Below, in pieces: positions 59,738 through 64,000 of a stretch of DNA of 64,000 bases (position 1 is its first letter; the number at the start of each line of letters is the position of its first letter). The notes beneath the pieces were generated by a model. It had not been told where the DNA came from. It worked only from the letters and a program-made list of their open reading frames with translations, and ran no database searches. A program made the position numbers and the translations under genes. The stretch is from NCBI RefSeq assembly GCF_963921235.1, contig NC_086108.1, positions 114,082,001 through 114,146,000 of the forward strand, given 5' to 3'. Source of the stretch: Mobula hypostoma. Its lineage: Eukaryota.

Positions 59738-62209
59738 GGTGAATAACTCTACTGGGTGTTTTTTATAGACCCCCAATAGTAATAGGGATATCGAGGAGCA
59801 GAGAGGGAGGCAGATTCTGGAACAGTGCAATAATAATTGGGTTTTTGTGATGGGTGACTTTAACTTTCCTAATACTGATTGATATCTTAGCACGAGGGGT
59901 TTAGATGGAGTGGAGTTTGTTAGGTGTGTTCAGGAAGGTTTCTGAAGCCAACTAGAGGAGAGGCTGTACTTGATCTGGTATTGAGAAATGAACCTGGTCA
60001 GGTGTCAGATCTCTCAGTGGGGAAGCATTTTGGAGATAGTGATCATAATTCTATCTCCTTTACCATAGCATTGGAGAGGGACAGGAGTAGACATTTTTAG
60101 AAAACATTTAATTGGGGTAGGGGGAAATATGCTATTAGGCAGTAACTTGGGAGCATAAATTGGGAGGAGATGTTCTCAGGGAAATGCATGCAGAAATGTG
60201 GCGAATTTTCAGGGAAAGGATGGTAGGATTAAAGAACCATGGTGTACAAAGGGTATAGAAAAACTACTTAGGAAGAAAAGAAAAGCTTAGGAAAAGTTCA
60301 AGAAACTAGGTACTGTTAGAACTCTAGAAAATTACAAGGTTGCTAGGAAGACCTTAATAATGGAATTAGGAGAGCTGGAAGGGGCCATGAAAAGGCCTTG
60401 ACGAGCAGGATTAAGGAAAACCCCCAGGCGTTCTACAAGTATGTGAACAGCAAGAGGATGATCCTTGAGAGAATAGGATCAATCAAGTGTGATAGTGGAA
60501 ACGTGTGCATGGAGTCGGACGAGGTAGCGGAGGTACTTAATGAATACTTTGCTTCAGTATTCACCAGGGGAAAAGGACCTTGGCAATTGTGGGGATGACT
60601 TACAGCAGACTGAAATGCTTGAGCACATAGACATTAAGAAAGAGGATGTGCTGGAGCATTAAGTTAGATAAGTCACTGGAACTGGATGAGATGTACCCCA
60701 GGCTACTGTGGTAAGCGAGGGAAGAGATTGCTGAGCCTCTTGCGATAATCTTTGTGTCATCAATAGGGACAGGAGAAGATTATTCATTGCAAATGTTGTT
60801 CCCTTGTTCAAGAAAGGGAGTAGAGATAACCCAGGAAATCATAGACCGTTGAGACTTACTTCAGTGGGGGGGCAAGTTGTTGGAGAAGATCCTGAGAGAC
60901 AGAATTTATGAGCATTTGGAGAGGCATAATATAATTAGGGATAATCAGCTTGGCTTTGCAAGGGCAAGTTATGCCAGACAAGCCTGATTGAATTCTTTGA
61001 GGACATAACAAAACACATTGATGAAGGTAGAGCAGTAGATGTAGTGTATATGGATTTCAGTAAGGCATTTGATAAGGTTCCCCATGCAAGGCTCCTTCAG
61101 AAATTAAGGAGGCATGGGATCCAAGGAGAGTTTGCTTTGCCAATCCAGAATTGGCTTGCCCACAGAAGGCAAAGTGTGGTTGTAGATGGTTCATATTCTG
61201 CATGGAGGTCAATGACCAGTGCTGTTCTGCAGGGATCTGTTCTGGGACCCCTCCTCTTCGTGATTTTTATAAATGACCTGGATAAGGAAGTGAAGAGATG
61301 GGTTAATAAGTTTGCTGATGACACAAATATTGGGGGTGTTGTGGATAGTCTGGAGGATTGTCAGAGGTTACAGCGGGACATTGATAGGATGCAGAACTGG
61401 GCTGAGAAGTGACAGATGGAGTTCAATCCGGATAAGTGTGAAGTGGTTCATTTTGGTAGGTCAAATTTGAAGACAGAATATAATAATGGTAAGACTCTTG
61501 GCAGTGTGAAGGATCTGAAAGATCTTGGGGTCTGTTTCCATAGGACACTCAAAGCTGCTATGCAGGTTGAGTGTTGTTAAGAAGGTGTATGGTGTGTTGG
61601 CATTCATCAACTATGGGATTGAGTTCAAGAGCTGTGAGGTAATGTTACAGCTATATAAGACCTCGGTCAGATCCCACTGGGAGTATGTACTGTGTTCAGT
61701 TCTCACTACAGGAAGGATGTGATACTATAGAGAAAATGCAGAGGAGACTTACAAGGATGTTGCCTGGATTGGAGGGCGTACCTTATGAGAATAGGTTGAG
61801 TGAACTTGGCCTTTTCTCCTTGGAGCAATGGAGGATGAGAGGTGGCCTGATAGAGGTGTATAAGATGAAGAGGGGCGTTAATTGTGTGGATAGCCAGAGG
61901 TTTTTTTCCCAGGGCTGAAATGGCTAAAGTGAGAGGGCATGGTTTTAAAGTGCTTGGAACTAGGTACCAAGTGGATGTCAGGGGTAAGTTTTTCACTCAG
62001 AGTGGTGGGTATGTGGAATGCACTGCTGGTGGTGGTGGTGGAAGCGGATACAACAGAGCCTCTTAGATAGGTACATGGAGCTTAGAAAAATAGAGGGCTA
62101 TGTGCTAGGGAAATTCTAGGCAGTTTCTAGAGTAGGTTACATGGTGGATACAACATTGTGGGCCAAGGGGCCTGTAATGTGCTGTAGATTTTTATGTTCT
62201 ATGTTTGCT

Positions 62210-63630
62210 GTATGATTTTCATTTGTACTCAGTGTCGAAGCTTTTTGCATAAGTGTCCAACGATAATCAGTCAGCAATGATGGATTCTAGTTGCCCTGAT
62301 AGCATTTCTCCACAACTACAAGGTCCTTGTGAAGCTTTTCGCCGTGCTTCTCACTGACAGTGCCAAGATTGTAGTCTAAATGGGAATGGAACAAAGGAAT
62401 CTTCAGTGACATGTTGCACTTCATGGTTTTGTGCTGTTGAAGCACGTTGTCAACCAGTTTGGTGCTCTGCAGTCGCCCAGAAAATTTTCAACAACATCCT
62501 CAAATGGCTTCAATGCAATCCCACTAGCCGATTAGGAAAAGGGGAGGTGCAACGAGACCTGGGTGTCATTATACACCAGTCATTGAAAGTGGGCATGCAG
62601 GTACAGCAGGCGGTGAAAAAGGCGAACGGTATGCTGGCATTTATAGCGAGAGGATTCGAGTACAGGAGCAGGAAGGTACTACTGCAGTTGTACAAGGCCT
62701 TGGTGAGACCACACCTGGAGTATTGTGTGCAGTTTTGGTCCCCTAATCTGAGGAAAGACATCTTTGCCATAGAGGGAGTACAAAGAAGGTTCACCAGATT
62801 GATTCCTGGGATGGCAGGTCTTTCATATGAAGAAAGACTGGATGAACTGGGCTTGTACTCGTTGGAATTTAGAAGATTGAGGGGGGATCTGATTGAAACG
62901 TATAAAATCCTAAAGGGATTGGACAGGCTGGATGCAGGAAGATTGTTCCCGATGTTGGGGAGGTCCAGAACGAGGGGTCACAGTTTGAGGATAGAGGGGA
63001 AGCCTTTTAGGACCGAGATTAGGAAAAACTTCTTCACACAGAGAGTGGTGAATCTGTGGAATTCTCTGCCACAGCAAACTGTTGAGGCCAGTTCATTGGC
63101 TATGTTTAAGAGGGAGTTAGATATGGCCCTTGTGGCTACGGGGGTCAGGGGGTATGGAGGGAAGGCTGGGTTCTGAGTTGGATGATCAGCCATGATCATA
63201 ATAAATGGCGGTGCAGGCTCGAAGGGCCGAATGGCCTACTCCTGCACCTATTTTCTATGTTTCTATGCTTAAATTGCCTGTCATTAATGGCCTGTTTGAC
63301 TTGTGGACCAACAAAAATGCCTTCCTTAATCTTGGCATCAGTTATTCTGGGAAACATCAATCTCAGATATTGATATCTTTCACGGAGGTTTATAGCCTTT
63401 CTAAAACATCCTGCCATGCAGCATCTGCCATGCCAAAGCACACCCAGGCATGCCTGGACAAGGTAAAGATCTTTTCAGCATACATTGTCGGCAGCATTTT
63501 AATTGACTTGAGAGAACAAATATAGGCATTTGTTTTTAAATGGTGCGTGATAGGGAAATTTCATGGTGATTTTCATGATCAGAAACCCAAAATCCATGAG
63601 ATACACCCAAAAGCAAAAACTTTGTTGTCA
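62210..63630 (-). mobile_element. Chapaev3-like (CMC) transposase remnant, split by the young CR1
   Basis: FPRITDAKIKEGIFVGPQ, then after the CR1 VVENFLG...CNMSLKI..HSHLD..LGTVSEKHGEKLHKD...YQG...DYRWTL. The family assignment rests on my recall of these motifs. Confidence 0.7.
62527..63267 (+). mobile_element. 5'-truncated copy of the same young CR1 subfamily, inserted in a Chapaev3-like element
   Basis: Aligns to 23051-23790 with about 10 substitutions by my count and has the same TTTCTATG tail. Confidence 0.95.
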
Positions 63631-64000
63631 CAAAGTTATTATATTTTTTCTCTTTCTTTTCGTATTTGCACAGTTTGATGTCTTTTGCACAATGGTCATT
63701 CAGCCCAGTTGGTGTGGTCTTTCATTGATTCTTTTATGGTTATTGGATTTACTGAATATGCCTGCAAGAAAATGAATCTCAGGATTGTATATAGTGTCAT
63801 AGATGTACCAAGATAATAAATTTTATTCTATTTTATGTATTTATATTGTAATTTTTATTATTGTGTTCTTTATCTTTTCTGTGTTTTTTTTTGTGCTGCA
63901 TTAGATCTGCAGTGACAATTATTTTGTTCTGATTTACACTTGTGTACAGCAAATGACTGTGAACTTAGACAATGGAGCAGAACGGTAGCATCATAATTAG

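Larger units (their letters stand above)
57650..62205 (+). mobile_element. Near full-length decayed CR1 (ORF1 with CxxC, coiled coil and esterase; ORF2; tail), split by a Penelope-like element
   Basis: ORF 57864..58283 is homologous to the young ORF1. ORFs 58810..59274 and 61044..61412 encode EN and RT; tail TTCTATGTTT near 62200. Confidence 0.88.

Overview
This is eukaryotic (vertebrate) DNA, most likely from a cartilaginous fish; that assignment is inferred from the CR1, Penelope, Rex1 and V-SINE repeat content. The only host gene I can support is the 5' part of ACADM (medium-chain acyl-CoA dehydrogenase) on the minus strand. Coding exons 1-7 lie at 48070-48087, 23916-24024, 14494-14591, 10871-10940, 5021-5121, 152-232 and 1-55 (the last runs off the window). 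All have GT-AG boundaries and join in frame, and a GC-box/CpG promoter sits at about 48.1-48.3 kb. Nearly everything else is nested transposable elements: many CR1 LINEs (one with an uninterrupted 999-codon ORF2), a full-length Tx1-like LINE in intron 1, RTE, Rex1/Babar, Penelope-like ends, Tigger, Tc1, a Chapaev3-like transposase and tRNA-derived SINEs, plus several minisatellites. Two signals stand out. First, three CR1 copies carry a T-TTA-AAC-TAG slippery-site junction between ORF1 and an ATG-less ORF2, a candidate programmed -1 ribosomal frameshift. Second, Penelope-like terminal repeats carry repeated minimal hammerhead-ribozyme motifs. TE boundaries are read by eye and approximate unless a junction is quoted.
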